Of a stretch of 64,000 bases of DNA, positions 37,601-52,377 are shown piece after piece; position 1 is the stretch's first letter; each line of letters begins with the position of its first letter. Source of the DNA: Trichoplax adhaerens. Taxonomy: Eukaryota > Animalia > Placozoa. The stretch lies in assembly GCF_000150275.1 (NCBI RefSeq), contig NW_002060956.1:1734280-1798279 (forward strand). The letters are read 5' to 3'. The notes below the pieces were generated by a model. The model saw only the letters and a program-made list of their open reading frames with translations, made no database searches and was not told where the DNA came from. A program made the position numbers and the translations under genes.

Positions 37601-39578
37601 GCATATTATCAATAAAGCAATACGTATGCATACTTTCTTTTTTATTCAGTAGAATAAAGAGAAATATTATTACACTACGAATAAACTAGATATCGAGTAT
37701 TCACTTTAGGAAAATCTCGTCAACATAGTTAGCGCTTAGAGATTTCGACTGATCTAGTCACGTTTTTGGCATAATAACAAAATATTTTACAACTAGCTGC
37801 AGACAACATCTTATACCTACATTTAAGTCAGCCACTAATCAGAATTCTTTTAAGTTAATGGTACATTCACCGAAAAAATATTTCTTAGATACTGCAAGTA
37901 GACCGGGTTTATTACGAAAATATCATTCATATTTACCTCTGCGATCGAAATGTCCACTACGTAATATTAATATTGGCGAGCCATTTTTGTCATAGCCAAA
38001 AAATGTAGCAGGATAATACTTTTTTATGGGCTAAAAGAAAGTGAAATGAAAGATTAGTAATGGAAGTCTCTAAATCAGATTCATTAAGGTCAGAAGTCGT
38101 TTGAAAACAACAAAAATGTTACATTGTACCTCCGGCATTTTGTAGGTTTTAACAAGGGTGTCTAATTGCATTTCTTTACGCACAATCATACTCTATAGTA
38201 AATTGTTACAAGTTAGGTTAGTAGATATAGGGAAATTATAAATGAATAGTATACACTATCGTTATTGAAAAGAAATAAAAGAAAACAGATACTTTCCGTC
38301 TTGCTATTTCGTACCTTACTAACCATCTTTTCAGCTTCATCAATCTGAAAATCTCGAGCTGTATGGTAATAAGGACGGTTATTGAAATAGTAAGTATTAA
38401 AATATATCGTTTATATAGGATAGCTTGTTTCTATTCAAAAGCCTAAACCACTGGCAATATTTCCTATATTTACCACTACGCAATGATTATTAGTAGCGAT
38501 TTATCTAATTCGTATAGCAATATTAGGTGGTCTTTACAATTTTCATTTTTGTAGCAATGCTGATATATAAGAATTATTGCACTTTAGGTTATTCGTCGTT
38601 AAGGATGGACATTTTTTTTTTCTTACATCGCAAACCAATAATGTTTAATAATAGTGCTAATCATTATCTTTTAAGCTATTTACTATCTTTGTCTATGAAA
38701 TTTGAATCTTGTTAGGTAATTGATTTCTCAGCATCTGAAGAAACACTGTTATATTTTGTAGTACAACCTTGTACTAACCTGCGAAATTTGCATTACAGTA
38801 AGTTTTATTATGAACAAGAATTTTAGTTAAATTAAAATTTACAAAGAGGTTCAAATGGAAATAAACGCTTTCAAAAAGCTATATTTATTATAATATCATA
38901 GATCAATAGAAAGCTATCAAATTCTACCGGTAAAGCACCATTTATACTGAATACTAATCTTATTAGTAACATGAAGGAATTGAAAAGCAGCAGTATCTTT
39001 GATCTAAATACCTTCAGTTAGTTTAGTCCGATAAGGGGTTAAAGGAGCATGTATTACAACGAAATTTAATCTAATTCACATTTAACTATAACATAGTATA
39101 ATTGGCAATGATCTTTTAGCTGAAAAATTTAATTTTTAGTCATTCTATTTTAGCTTAATGAATTAACTTTCAGCTGGAATATATCTTCATAGTGTTGTAG
39201 TGATTTACGCCAATTTTTTGAAAACAAAAGTCTAATGAAACTACAATGATATCACAGTTTCATTAAAATTCCTTATTCCTTACCACGAAGCCATCGAAGT
39301 AAGTAGTAATCATCTTTAAGGTCTGTAGGTTGAATAAAGCTGGCTATTCGTTTGCGAAACTGTAAGAAAAATGAAAGCAGTTGCAATATTTCGTCAACTT
39401 TCGTTCGTTAAAATAGTTACTAAATTAAATTTTAGGCAAAGAATCGTTTCATGATAGGATTAAAGTAGTTAATATGTTGATTAACGCAAGTTAATAGTGC
39501 ATGGATTCTATGTTCTTTTCTTACCTCATCTAGAACAGTTTGCTGCTGTTTGTTTAAATCTCCTACATAGCCACTCAT
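34677..39578 (-). CDS. SEC14L2-like: SEC14-like lipid-binding protein B (CRAL-TRIO + GOLD), 15 exons, ~399 aa
   Basis: Exons: 39578-39525, 39359-39284, 38358-38315, 38192-38130, 38030-37937, 37568-37474, 37333-37258, 37027-37008, 36767-36707, 36328-36245, 35894-35788, 35479-35331, 35230-35140, 35037-34965, 34789-34677. Translation: MSGYVGDLNKQQQTVLDE/FRKR..DDYYLLRWLR/ARDFQIDEAEKM..FEDNYPEMMK..FDNTYSWVNSK. Confidence 0.93.
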
Positions 39579-42500
39579 GTTAAATTAACTTAACCTAAAA
39601 ATTCATTAGAAAATGATTGCTTTAAATTAAATAGAGGCATGAAACTGGTTTTGATCATAAAGTATCATATGTATGATATCAGTTGCGCTATTGTAATGCT
39701 CCGTGATATAAGATTTTTCAGTCTTGAATTAGAATACATGCATATCCACCCACACGCTACTACCCATTATCATTTTATATATTCGTGTGTGCACATCCTT
39801 TATTTAGTGTTAATAATAGATGGGAAAAATCTTCTTTTCTTTCATTATTCTGTTTAATCAGAATCTATCTGTTCGACTATAAGCAGTTCAATGATAAACG
39901 CCAGTGGGAGTTAATTAAAATTATCCGATAATAATTATAAATAGAACTGCAGATAGATGTATATACAGTGTTTTTCCTCAAGTATTTGTTCTCAATTACA
40001 GTAGCATAGAGAGATTATTTTTTAACTTATATCATTATTACGAAATTTGCTAGGATATGCTAGCCATCAATATGTAGTCATTTTATATATTTTGTAATAC
40101 CATTTTAAAAAGCCATAAACAAGTACGGTATATTAATAGTTTAGTATTGAGTAACCATTTATTTGTAACAGGGCTAACATATCATGACGTTAAATTTGTG
40201 GCATCTATATTTTTTTCCATTTAATACCGCAGCTTTCGTCTGTATTAAACTGAATTTTATATGCTGATTTGGTTTGATAACTGTAGATGCAGTAGTTTAT
40301 TTGATGGAGCATAGCTGTTACTCCAGATAGTGGAATTATATAGTCTAACTGAAAGCAGATAAAAAATAATCTAAGTGTACTAAATTAAAATATCCAACAA
40401 TGATAATATAGCAATATATAAAGATACTGGATCATTTACATATTATTAATCCTCAATTTACTATAAACTAGCTTTTTATAAATGCCATTGTCAATTAGTT
40501 GGCGTAATATTTTGGACGTCTATTTTCGTCATTTCATGAGTACATATACTAATAGTACGGCTGTATCAGTAAAGATATTCAGAGCAACAATAGATTAATT
40601 TCTGAAATGTAATATTTTTATGACGAAGTTATCGTTGAATTAATTCTGTACTAATTTGTTACTTCATTAATTGTTAAGATAATCGTAATTCTGCTTAATA
40701 CCACATCTTTGTTTGACATCATAGTAAACGTGAAACCAAAATTTCTTCATAAATATCAAAAGCTCGCATTTTTTGATGAAACAAGTAATAAATAATTTAT
40801 TCAGGCTTTAAATTTCTAGCAGTAGTTAGGTCAAGAAAACCCAGAGCGTTAAATTGTCAAATTACCTCGTTATAACAACGGAATATATCAATATGTTGAA
40901 TATTTGTACATATATTAATTTTCAATTACATTACTATGATTCTGCTATTTAATGAATATTATTACCTGGTAATTGTTACGAGACTCCTAACGGCTACTAA
41001 ACTCATCGTTCGTGTGTTGACAGCAATTTTAATAGTCATGCATGTATATATGTTATATAACAATAGAATATTGTCTAAACGATCTTTTCCTCTTATTAAT
41101 ACTATCTATAAACCAGCTGTATACTTGGTAATTATAAAAAATTTCTAATTTGTTTTAATATAATATATTAAAAATCATGATACTCATAACGTCTGTTTAA
41201 TATTTCTATGTAGCTACATATCACATGAAATAGATGATTATGGACTCGAACGTTTTTATGCGAAGTAATGGAGTGAAGTATAGAATGCTTTTAAGTCTTT
41301 AGCTTTGACGTCATTGATCATAATGTCTTTACGAATAGTAAAATCAGCGAACAATTTTCGACTGTGGCTAAGCTGCTAAAAAGTATTAATCTAATATATT
41401 TTAGTGACTTTGATATATAGAGAGACAGACTTGAATTTTCTTTATCTTTGTGAATTTATGTCATTCACATTTCGGATTATAAATATGTTCATGAAGAAAT
41501 GCCAATTATCCTATCTAAGGCTTCCCTTTCATCGCTGCCATAGACCATTAATGATGTAGTTTTAAGATTTACTATAGTACCAGGTTGTCATAAAGATATC
41601 AATTATTATGCAATGGTAAAAGTATTACCGATCGAAATAGGATTTTATGATCAGATAATAATCGGATGCTATTCCTATCGGTATAAGATTATTGTAGATT
41701 GTTGAATCCTTGTCACAAATAGCAACTTAAATTGCTCATTGCTTGTGATGCATTCAAAATTCGGGCTAACTGAAAGAATTTATAGGCCCTTATATTCTAG
41801 TATAAATATGTTTGAAGACTAAACGATTTAATGTATGCTCACTATAAACGGATTCAAATCTTGAAAGAATCGAGTTTCTATTCGTATTTTGCTATATCAT
41901 TGAGGATCTTAACGGATCCTCAATCATTGAATAAAGTAAAACAGATATATTCTTTTGCCAGTTATAAGAATAACGTAATTGAATTTGGGTTGGCTATACG
42001 AATATTACAGAAGTTCCTTAAAATTTAAGTGAAATGATACCAGTTTTGATAACATCCAGTCGCATATTAGATATTTCGAAATGATAATTGCGGAAATAAT
42101 ATGGTAATTGACTAATTCTGGTGGTTGTAAAAATGCTTACCCTGAACCTAAAATCATTAGATGATTACAGCTATCTAGTATTTTTGTGAGTGAAGCAGAA
42201 AGCATTGCTTAAATTAAAAGTCTGAAAAATCTTTTCAACACATCAACATCCAATAAAGCGTATTTATTCCAAAGGCACAAACTGCATTCATTTCAATTCT
42301 ACTCTCTAACCTATTACGTGGTTAGTGCCATCTGAGATTCTTCTGCACGAATAGTTTGAATTATATTTTGAAAAAATAATAATAGTGATTAAGATAGAAT
42401 GTTGCTGTGGTATAAAAGAATTTGAAAGCTGTTGCCGATACAGATATTTGGGATAAAATTCTATTAGTTCATGAACGTCACGGTTACAGTAAGTGTTTTT

Positions 42501-45500
42501 AATGAAAGCGAGTTAGAACTTCCGCGAATATCTCCCTGTTGTACATTGCATTCCGTTTCTGAAGAGTGGATTTGCACTATAGTCCGGGAATGAGGTTAGA
42601 GCTATTTGTTGTTTCTAATTTACCAAATAGTTAAGTTTTGTCGCAAGTAATAGCTAATTGTTTGGTGTAGTACTTATGCATTAACTTTAGAAATATTCTA
42701 ATAGCGCCAAATTCATACACTTTAGTATCAAAGCGAATAAGTTCAACGGTACTGTAAAATATTGTTCAATTACGAAACAAGGAGCATAAAGTTATTAATT
42801 TCTTACTGCATCTTCAAGCTGGTTAAATATTAATATTATTATACTGTCTTTATAATAGCAAATCAAGAATAAAGCAATCTAAAAAAGCTAAGTGTAGTTT
42901 ATGACTTGGGAGCTCTAAATAAGAGATTGAATGATGAGTGCAATGTTGAGTTTAGATATGGTACCGATCTATTTAATTTTATTAGTTTAAGCGATAATAT
43001 AATAAATGTTTTCGTTGACTTAAGGTATCATTAAAATTTATAAAATATGGCATAGGACTTCTTAGCTATACTATTCAAATCTTAAGTATGTAATATTATA
43101 ACGACAAAAATATAGCTTCATTAATGAAATTACGTAATTCTTTGCATGCTCTGTTAGATAAGACTGTTACACTTGCAAGGTGACTTTATGCTATCTACTG
43201 TGTCTAAAATTACAGTAGTTTATTAATCCATCTTCAGAAGATTAATATATTAAGCTATAATAATAGTTATAATCATGAAAAACGTCTTAACTTACGTAGT
43301 ATTACATCCACAAAGATATCGAAATTATCAAAGGTGTTTCATAATAAATTCAGTTAATAGTGTATTAGAGAAGCAACTGTTACAATTTCGATGTCATCCA
43401 ATGATTTAGTTATGTTTCAAAATTGTAGTAACGTATTCACATATTATCAAAGGATTAGTATATTACGTTATAATAGTGGTTACAATAACGCTCTATCTAA
43501 TCTAATTAAAAAACAGAGATAACGATAATCAGATGCAGTCTTTACAGAAATGAGTTAAAATAACAAATCACGAAGATACCATCTACCATAGATGATTTGA
43601 GACATCAATGATGACAAACAAGTGATGCGAAAAGAGTCGAATATTTAATAGTTAGACCAAGATCTTTCTCTTTTTTAGGACACTCTCATTAATTTAATTT
43701 CTGATGCGCTAGTCTGCATGGTTCTTATTGCAAATAACATGTATAAATACTACATGACACAGTCTACTTACTTTTGGTAGTAATATGGAAGAGGTTTTAT
43801 TAATGATTATAATGGTATGCCGTCAGCAGGATGCCAGATTGTCAATCCAGATAAAGATTTGGCTGGAGGAAGAAAAAATGAACCTAGTAATTTCAAAAGT
43901 TACAATATTTAACTTGAGATATGGCGATCATATAACATACATTAATTTGACGTGTGAGAAAATAGGGAGGGACATAAAAGCACTCTCAAGTTCAAAGCTG
44001 CAGCAGTGGGAAAACCTTTATTTAAGTTAAAGTCATCCGTTTTATTATTAATAATAAAAGCTATCATAACTTTTCTTTCTTTCTCCACCCAGCCCATTAT
44101 TAGACAGATTAATAATCATAACTGTTCATATAGAACGGTAACCGTTAGCTAATTCATCTACATTTTTGATGATAATATCACTTACATAATGAGTTTAATC
44201 AATAAAGCAAACATATCAAGATGCTTATCATGTGATCGTATTCTCTAGCCAATAGCATCTAGCAATTAGAATTACTTTACAGGAAGTAACCCTATTAATT
44301 ATATATGGCGATATCATCACAATTGGCCTCATGATTAAAGCCATAAACAACAAAATGATAATCGTTATTGATACTGGACGCTATGCTATCTCTATTGATC
44401 GATCTAAATACTTTCTCTCACTATTCTATGTTACTTTTTGGCGTAATAGAGAAAGTAGAAGTTTCGCCTACAAATACAACGGCAATAGATAATTAATACT
44501 GTACGACTTCTAATAGCGGTAAAATTATTTACTAAATTAAAATTTGATTAATTATCGCTGAAGAATATTCTTCTTGCGATGCAAATCTTAATATACCTAA
44601 TATAGCGCTTGTTAATGTAGACTAATCAGCTAGCAATACAATACACTATCGTGCCTCTTACAAAGGAAAATTCTGAATCTTTCGATCACAAGCTATTGAG
44701 GTAATTATATAAATCACGTACAAGCCAGGGAAAATGAGACCGTCGTCGATGTTAATCGATTAGTTAGCATATCGTTAGATTCAATTGACATTTAAGAAAC
44801 CGTGTCTAAATTTATTTAAAAATTTTGGCAATAGCGCTCTGAGTGGAAGCTAAGAAAAGACTTATAATCATCTGCTTCGTAAATTCATAAGCTGCTTTAG
44901 CGATAGTTCCGTACTCAGTTAGCTCCAATTTGAAAGCCTGATAAACTGTATTATAATTTTTGCTACTATAGTTTGACATCAAATGTGAATAGTTCCCTAA
45001 GCAACATTTAGATAAAGCTATGAGCGATTGTCTTGTTTTTGTATATTGCCGTATCACTATCTTATATGGTAGAAATATCTTTCGCTGAATTTACTGCGTG
45101 GGAAGCCTTAGGATCTTTTTATGTCTATAAGCACAATGTTAGATGAAAATGGAGAGCACAGGATATGATACGAACTAGTAATGAAATTAATAAGCTTTAT
45201 TATGACCTTAGGCTAAATTTGTGGTTATACTTATTCTGTAATCAAAATACTAATTGATATACCCTTCTACTGAAGCAAGGTATTTTTATTATTTAACCTA
45301 AAATAAGAATTTAGATATGCCATTTACACCTATTTTGGCTAAGAAGTACATGATAAATTCATAAATCTCCATACTAATTTATTCTGTGCCTGTTGGCAAT
45401 CCCCTGTTGATTTCTAGAAAAAGGGATATATCGTATGCTTATAAATTTATTATCATGACAGAAGAACAGATCTGATCATGAGAATGATTAAGAAGATTTT

Positions 45501-47572
45501 CGAACTGTGGATTAACTATTAATTAGGTCAATGTGATCAATAATGTGTCAAAATATCTTTATATTTATTCATACTGTCAATGTTGAATTAAGGATATGAG
45601 TAATGCTTCTAATAATTATTATTATCAATTGTATGCATAATATAGAATAGCTCTCTTCCCCTAGCCTCACTAGTTTTCTAGTGCGTAACAACTCTTTCCG
45701 AATATTACGTGTACTATTTACAGCATGATATATTGTCAAAGTAAATAAGAAATTAAATACAGTTAGCGATCGGTATGAATAATGGCCAGTGCGTTATATA
45801 TCATAGAATATTGCTCATTATTATTCATTTATTAAATCATACAAGAATGTTCATAGTTCATAATAAGGTAACCTTAATCAAGACACGAACTCAACAAGAA
45901 GCCTATACCGCCACTTTGTTTAACTTTAATTTACAGGTAAATGCTCGTATGCTCGGAAATTATGTAAATGAAATTTTTTTGATCAAATATAAATTAATGA
46001 TATAATGTTAAAAAGCGTAAGGCATTTTAATGATATTCAGTTAAGGTAAAGATTCTACTGAGGTTTCTATGATCTTAAAATAAGGCTTCAAAAGGTTAAA
46101 ATAGTAAAACTGTAGTTGTGCTGTTCGGATCTAAAAACGGCATGAAAGTGTAAGATATTTCTTAAATTTATAGGTTTATGTTAAACTTTCACTCCATTAT
46201 CGTATGCGATTCTAAATAGTAAATCCGCTAGTAAAGAAGTTAATCATACTATAGACTAATATCGGTAATCCTTGTTAAGTAAGCAATATCGGTCAATACT
46301 TGTATGTAACTGATGCATAAAGAAATTGAGAACGATTTCTTAATCTAGAGTAAGATTGCAATATAAAATTACTATTACATTATGCACAGTCCAGAGGTGG
46401 ATAATGGATCAAAGGAAATCAACTAAATCTGAGTGTCATCCCTTTTGACATATCAGGTAAATGATTATATTTAATCAAGCAAGTATTGCAATAATGTCCT
46501 AGCTTTGATAATAATATTTGCTAAAAAGATCATCAATGAACTATACATGTATGTCAAAGATCACTATTTTCGTCATGCCAGTTATCTTCTAATACGGTAG
46601 TAAATCAAGCATTTGATGCATTTACGACAGCAGTAAGCGTATTCTAGGAACAGATATATTCCTAATTCCAGTTAGTCGAAAAAATAGATTCTATAAAGTT
46701 TGAATATAAGCAGAATTTCTGTATATGCAATCTCAACGTTTTCAAATATAACTTCACTTCATTTTCTATACTTAATATATAATTTCTTCCGACAAAATGC
46801 TAGTTATAAATTAGCTATGCAATATTTATTAACTCATCAGATTGCTATATAATTCAGTCTTTCAATCGCGATTCTGTACCAAGCATGTGTTAAATCTAAA
46901 GTTTTACTTCTGGATCTGTAACTTTTTCGAGAACGTTATCTCCGACCGTGCAAGCTTACAAACCATCAAATAAATGCATTAAGAATCAAGGATTAGGTTG
47001 TGAGATAGATTTCAGCAATAAAAAAAAGTGAAGATAGGTGTTAATAGAATTTTGCTATTGCAACATGAGAAAATATGAGAAAGATCAAAAGCAATCATAG
47101 AAACTACGCTTGAGAGATCTACCTGGCAAAAGATAAAATTTTGTGGAATGCAATTATTTGAATTAGGCAATTACAAAGAGAGGATGGGGGTTAAATATGA
47201 CCTTCGTGACCTTACATACTGACTAGTCATGTTAGTCGGGAATAATATCAAGAAAAATAATATGGCTTACAAATAAACATATACGCTTAAAAGAGTATGG
47301 CGAAAGGTATGAAATATGATTTGAAAGGTCTTCAATTAGTAAGTACGATATATGCAAATGGTGAACGCTGCTAATATCAATGTTAAGCTTCATGAAAGCA
47401 ACCTGTAAGTAATGACTGATAAATGAAAATTTAGACATTACTTGATAAATCAATATTCATAGTAACAATTTAATATATAGCAACTGGATTTAAAGCACAA
47501 CCTTAAAAGTAAAGAAAATAGAACAGTCCTATTTTTTAACGCCATGACTGGCAAAAGGTCTTAAAAGCAGTT

Positions 47573-50500
47573 TTAAATATCGACGACAAATTCTACTTGA
47601 CAGACGCATTTTGAACCCTTCTCTACACTGAAAAATAGAGAGTTTTTATCTTCGGCTTGCCAAGTTTTGATTGTAACTTCACTGTCAAGATGTATTTCTC
47701 TAAAAAACGAAACACTTTTCTGACGGATACAACGTGGATTGAAATCTTTACCGAAATTATACTTGTAGCAGCTGCTATTAGACGAAATAGCGGAACTCGC
47801 GGTATCAAGGCAAAAGCCAAATATACCGGCGTAACCGATATGATTATTATAATCGACATCACTTGATCGTGTTTTCACTTTGTAGGTATAATGATTTTCA
47901 GGTACTTTCTTAAATAGCAGCATAACCTATATAGAAAATAGAAAAATTTATAAATTTTAGCTTTAACCCAAATAACTTTTAGCAGTATTTTATGAAAGAT
48001 TTTACGTTAATTTATTTATTACAATCGGCATTAAATATCGTTATGATCCATAAGATTTACATGGACGATAAGTACATAGTAATCAGTAATTGTAGGGTGA
48101 TATAAAAATTTTAGATTTCGAATCAGCTTACTTATATAATTATCTAGTAACAAGTACTGTATCTTATATATTATTATGTTACCCCTTCGTCGGATACCCT
48201 CGTAGGTACTTCTTCCAACATTTTCTTCTTGTACGCTTCAGGAAATGTTTCGAGCTTGCCATTTTTCATGAAAATACAAACGTTATCATAGCTTAAAACC
48301 AATTGCTCAGTTAGTATGTCGTAAAATTCGAAAGTAAGAATACACGACGACTTGCCAATAGACGTCATTCTCATCGATTGTTTTATCATTGTATTTGGTG
48401 GTAAATCATAAAGTGCTGGATTTATTATTCCTGTATTTGCCACAATCATTAGTGTACCGCTGTATTTAGAGGCTAGTACGTTAAAGTCAAATACACCTAA
48501 ACGTAAGGAGGCTTCGAATCTTTCCAGAAAAACATATAACAGCTTACTTACATCTGATTGTTTAAACCTATCGCTGAAATAAAATAAATGAGGTGAATTG
48601 AATTTAACATGGAAAGAATCAAGACTTATTATATCTAGATCCGGATCGAAGCGACCAGGTGTAAATTCTCGCTGTGGATCGAAATTAATTGTAAAAGAAC
48701 TTAAACATTGTTCACCGCGCATGATTAAACTCTTTACTTCGTTTCGGTCAGGGTTAGACCATGATTTGACAATCAATGTCTCGTCAACATATGCCGGTAA
48801 TAAGTAATCGAGTTGAAATCGAGCAGTTTTACTCAGCCATTTATTATCTATTTTAGCCATATAATCATCATATTTGGAACGTATAGCATCTTTAATACCG
48901 CTGACAGCAAAGCATAAATGTTGAGGTATTAGGACTTCATAGGTATGGCCTAAATCATTAGGTCGAACTTTGATTTCGTAAGAATGATATTCAGATGGTT
49001 GTTCCTATTCATGATTTTGAAATAAAATTATTGTGATTAATATATGATTGGAGACAAATCAAATTGCTATCTCGAATGAATTAATATTTAGTGAACTAAT
49101 ATGAATTTTAGATCTTGTTTGCATTAATATGTACCAGCACTATATGAGTTCTATGAACAGGAAAAAGCTATACTGATATGATTACTGTAATATTTTGTGC
49201 TTGTCGACACGATTAGGAGTGAAACAGTTGTCGTAAGAGCGTACAATTTTTATACCGTATCGAGTTTGCTATTCACTGTTATTGACAAACGTCAACAATA
49301 CTATTAAAATAGTCTGCACCATTGTTAAACCTTTGGCATGCTGACATACAACATCCGTTATGATCTTGCACAAATTTCTATATCATCTTAAAACGAAATC
49401 TATATACACTGTTATCTTACATCTGTGTCACACACCACTAGTGACAAAGTAGTCTACACACGCCAATCCTTGCGGAGAACGCCACTTACTAACTTAAAGA
49501 GGCGAGATTAGCTATATCACCAAATAATTCAGTTCCAACGACCGAATACTATGGTATAATTATAGCGTCACAGATAGTGTAGACGAGAAAGTCAGAGATT
49601 TACTATCATTTATAACTGAAGAAATCTTGGCACCCAAGAATATAGTCTTTACAATTAAATATCAATTGATAAACTAGTGGACTATCTAACCGACTAGCTA
49701 ACTAAAAAGGGATCTTCAGGCACCAGCCTTTTATAGACTCGTCAGAAACTCCAAATCGATTATCGAAGAGTCACCTAGCTTGCTATATTTATTTAATGTT
49801 GCCCGATTCGTTTGATATTCTTTAAAATGTTCGATACTATTTAGGTACTTACTATTTGAAGACTTTCCTCTATATCCGTTATTTGACCATCGACCACAAC
49901 TTCATCGGTTTTACCGTCGTGTAAGTAGTAATTCAATTGTGTCTCTCCTTTTTTGCTCCATTTTATATTGCCTTCAGCACCTACGCCGTATAGAAAATAC
50001 TTTGGCTTGATATTCGCGATATAAGATTTTGGTTGATAGGAGGTTAGTGATAGCGATTGTTTCCGGTCAATGGACGAATTTTCACTAAATGTAGCAGTGT
50101 TTGTAATAATCTGCATGATATTTTCAATATTATTGCGATTCGTTTGATCATTAAAACGTCCTAGAACTGTATATCGTTTTTGGTTTGCTTCATTAGACTG
50201 GGATATCATTGAGAATAAATATTCAATGCCAATACGTAGGTGGATAAATTGAAATTTGTGGAATACATGTTTTGGTGAATGGATGCATATTATAGTTCAT
50301 AAAAAATAAGATGTTAGCAAGATTCCATTTCAAACATTGAAGATCAAGAAATAGAAATATTATTCATATCGGTAGTAGAATGTAATCTACTGAGTTTAAA
50401 AATCTAAATAGAAGTCCTGCGATATTGTAAGCACTAGAATTTGGCTATACTATATAAGACCTGTATATTCTTGTACGTTTAGGCAAGTATCTGTAAGACC

Positions 50501-50745
50501 GCTACTGGGTAAAAAATAGTACTGTATTCAGACAACTAGTTATATCGGCAATATGAACTTACCTTGTATTTGAAAGACATTCTACTGTGATTTGCTGAGA
50601 ATTTTTGCTGTAATATTGGTAATGGCTTAACATAGGTACAAAATTTAAGTCTCGCTGACAGGTTTAAATATTTTGAATGACTGATGTCATGATGATATAC
50701 TTTATAATTAGGATTGATACGTCGAAAGATAATTAACGATTTCAT
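47573..50745 (-). CDS. Acyl-ACP/acyl-CoA thioesterase-like hotdog-fold protein, tandem double unit, putative mitochondrial presequence (~562 aa, 4 exons)
   Basis: Phase-0 GT-AG exons 50745-50563, 50197-49853, 49004-48198 and 47926-47573 join four ORF-track pieces. The last exon has YKVKTRSSDVDYNNH and SFFREIHLDSEVTIKTW, typical of the C-terminal hotdog domain of acyl-ACP thioesterases; an earlier domain has SIGKSS. Exon 1 is less certain; the alternative start is the ATG at 50209. Confidence 0.75.
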
Positions 50746-52248
50746 GATAGTGTCTGGCGGTATATTATTAGACGACAGGACTAATATCGAATGGGAATGG
50801 GAAAATGTTTCGTAGTTGTAGGATATATCTTCTTCAGATACGCGATATGAATAAAGCAATAACGTGTTTGTTAGAACAGAAACATTAACGAGTATCTTCG
50901 TAAGAAATGCATTAATACTGTAGTTTACTGATTGATACTATAGTACGATGTTATTTTAAAGTAAATAAAAAATAGATTGGACCTTGATTAGTTCAACACA
51001 AGTTAACTTCACGGGTCTTATTTATTTACATTTGGTTCTCCGTAGGAATTATGACCTTATTCCTAAACGTGATGTCGTGCAATTTGCCTTTTGACTTCAG
51101 TTATATGTAATGATTTAAATTATGGGCATTGGCTGTAATAAACACGTACGTAAATATACAAATCTTACTGTGGAAAAGAAGGTTTTGATGATCAATAAAC
51201 TGATAGAAATTGTAATATTTTCTATCAACGACAGGATAAACCTACTCCACTTATAGTTTCAAATTTAAACGAAATGATGCAAATAAATAACTTTATCAAA
51301 ATAATTATATAGCTTAGTTAGTCCATGCTTATATCTATACAGTACGGATATAGATCAAACTCCTGCATTGCTTGCTATGCATATTTTTAGAACCTCCTAA
51401 TATTCTGTTTAAAGCAATGTAGCAAATATATATGAAAGATGTTACCTTTTTAAAATTATCGTACTACCATTACATATTGTACCCTGCAATGCTATAAATT
51501 ATGCTACTTATCTGATATACAACATGATATGGAGTGAATCCTAATTACTTCATTGATTACGTTTACCATAATGAGTGATTAGTAATCAATGTTATAGCTT
51601 TTCTAGATACAAAGTTAACTACATATCATAGGCTGTAATGAATTTTGTAATGCAACATCGAACTGTGGAACTGTAATGCATTCTGACATGAATTGATAAC
51701 GTCTGCAATTCTACATGTTAAATTTGCCATATAATTCCATATCAGATTTTTTTTGGTAATTTCTGGTAATTTGATCACTTAGAATCCAATAGATAATATG
51801 ATTATCAATGAGTAATATGATTTTAGGAGGTATAATTTAAATCAATGATATAGGGAAATTACCATCTGACACTAGTTATATTATAATAATTCTGTTACTA
51901 AAAATTTGTTAATATTAATTTATGGTGTCATGCTACGAAGAATCTTTCTCGTATGGAAACATTAATTAAATAATTTGCTTGCATTATACATAAAGAGAGA
52001 ATATTTCAAATTATTTCAGACTACATTCGATCAAATAAGTAGTTCAAATTTATATCACAACGATTTATGCTAAGGATTAATGTTTATGATAGCATTAACT
52101 AATTAATCAATGAAGGGTATTAAAATTACTAATATAATGCACGGCTAAAATGTGCCAAAATATCTGCCTGAATATAGATATACAGTATATAATATAGAAT
52201 AATAGCCTGAATAGACTAATAATTGTTTAAATATTCGTGTCGATTATA

Positions 52249-52377
52249 AATTTCTAATTGACAGACGCATTTTGAACCCTTCTCTACACTGAAAATAGGG
52301 AGTTTTTATCTTCGGCTTGCCAAGTTTTGATTACAATTTCACCGTCAAGATGTATTTCTCTTAAAAACGAAATACTT
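52249..52377 (-). pseudogene. Duplicated, frameshifted fragment of the thioesterase last exon
   Basis: Near-identical to ~47590-47717 (ttgacagacgcattttgaacccttctctacactgaaaa...) with a 1-nt deletion (gaaaata versus gaaaaata). Confidence 0.9.

Noticed and set aside
40000-47500. Possible fourth SEC14-like gene in the gap between B and the thioesterase
   Set aside because: None of the diagnostic exons (LLRWLR, NYPE, FDN.SW) was found on either strand.
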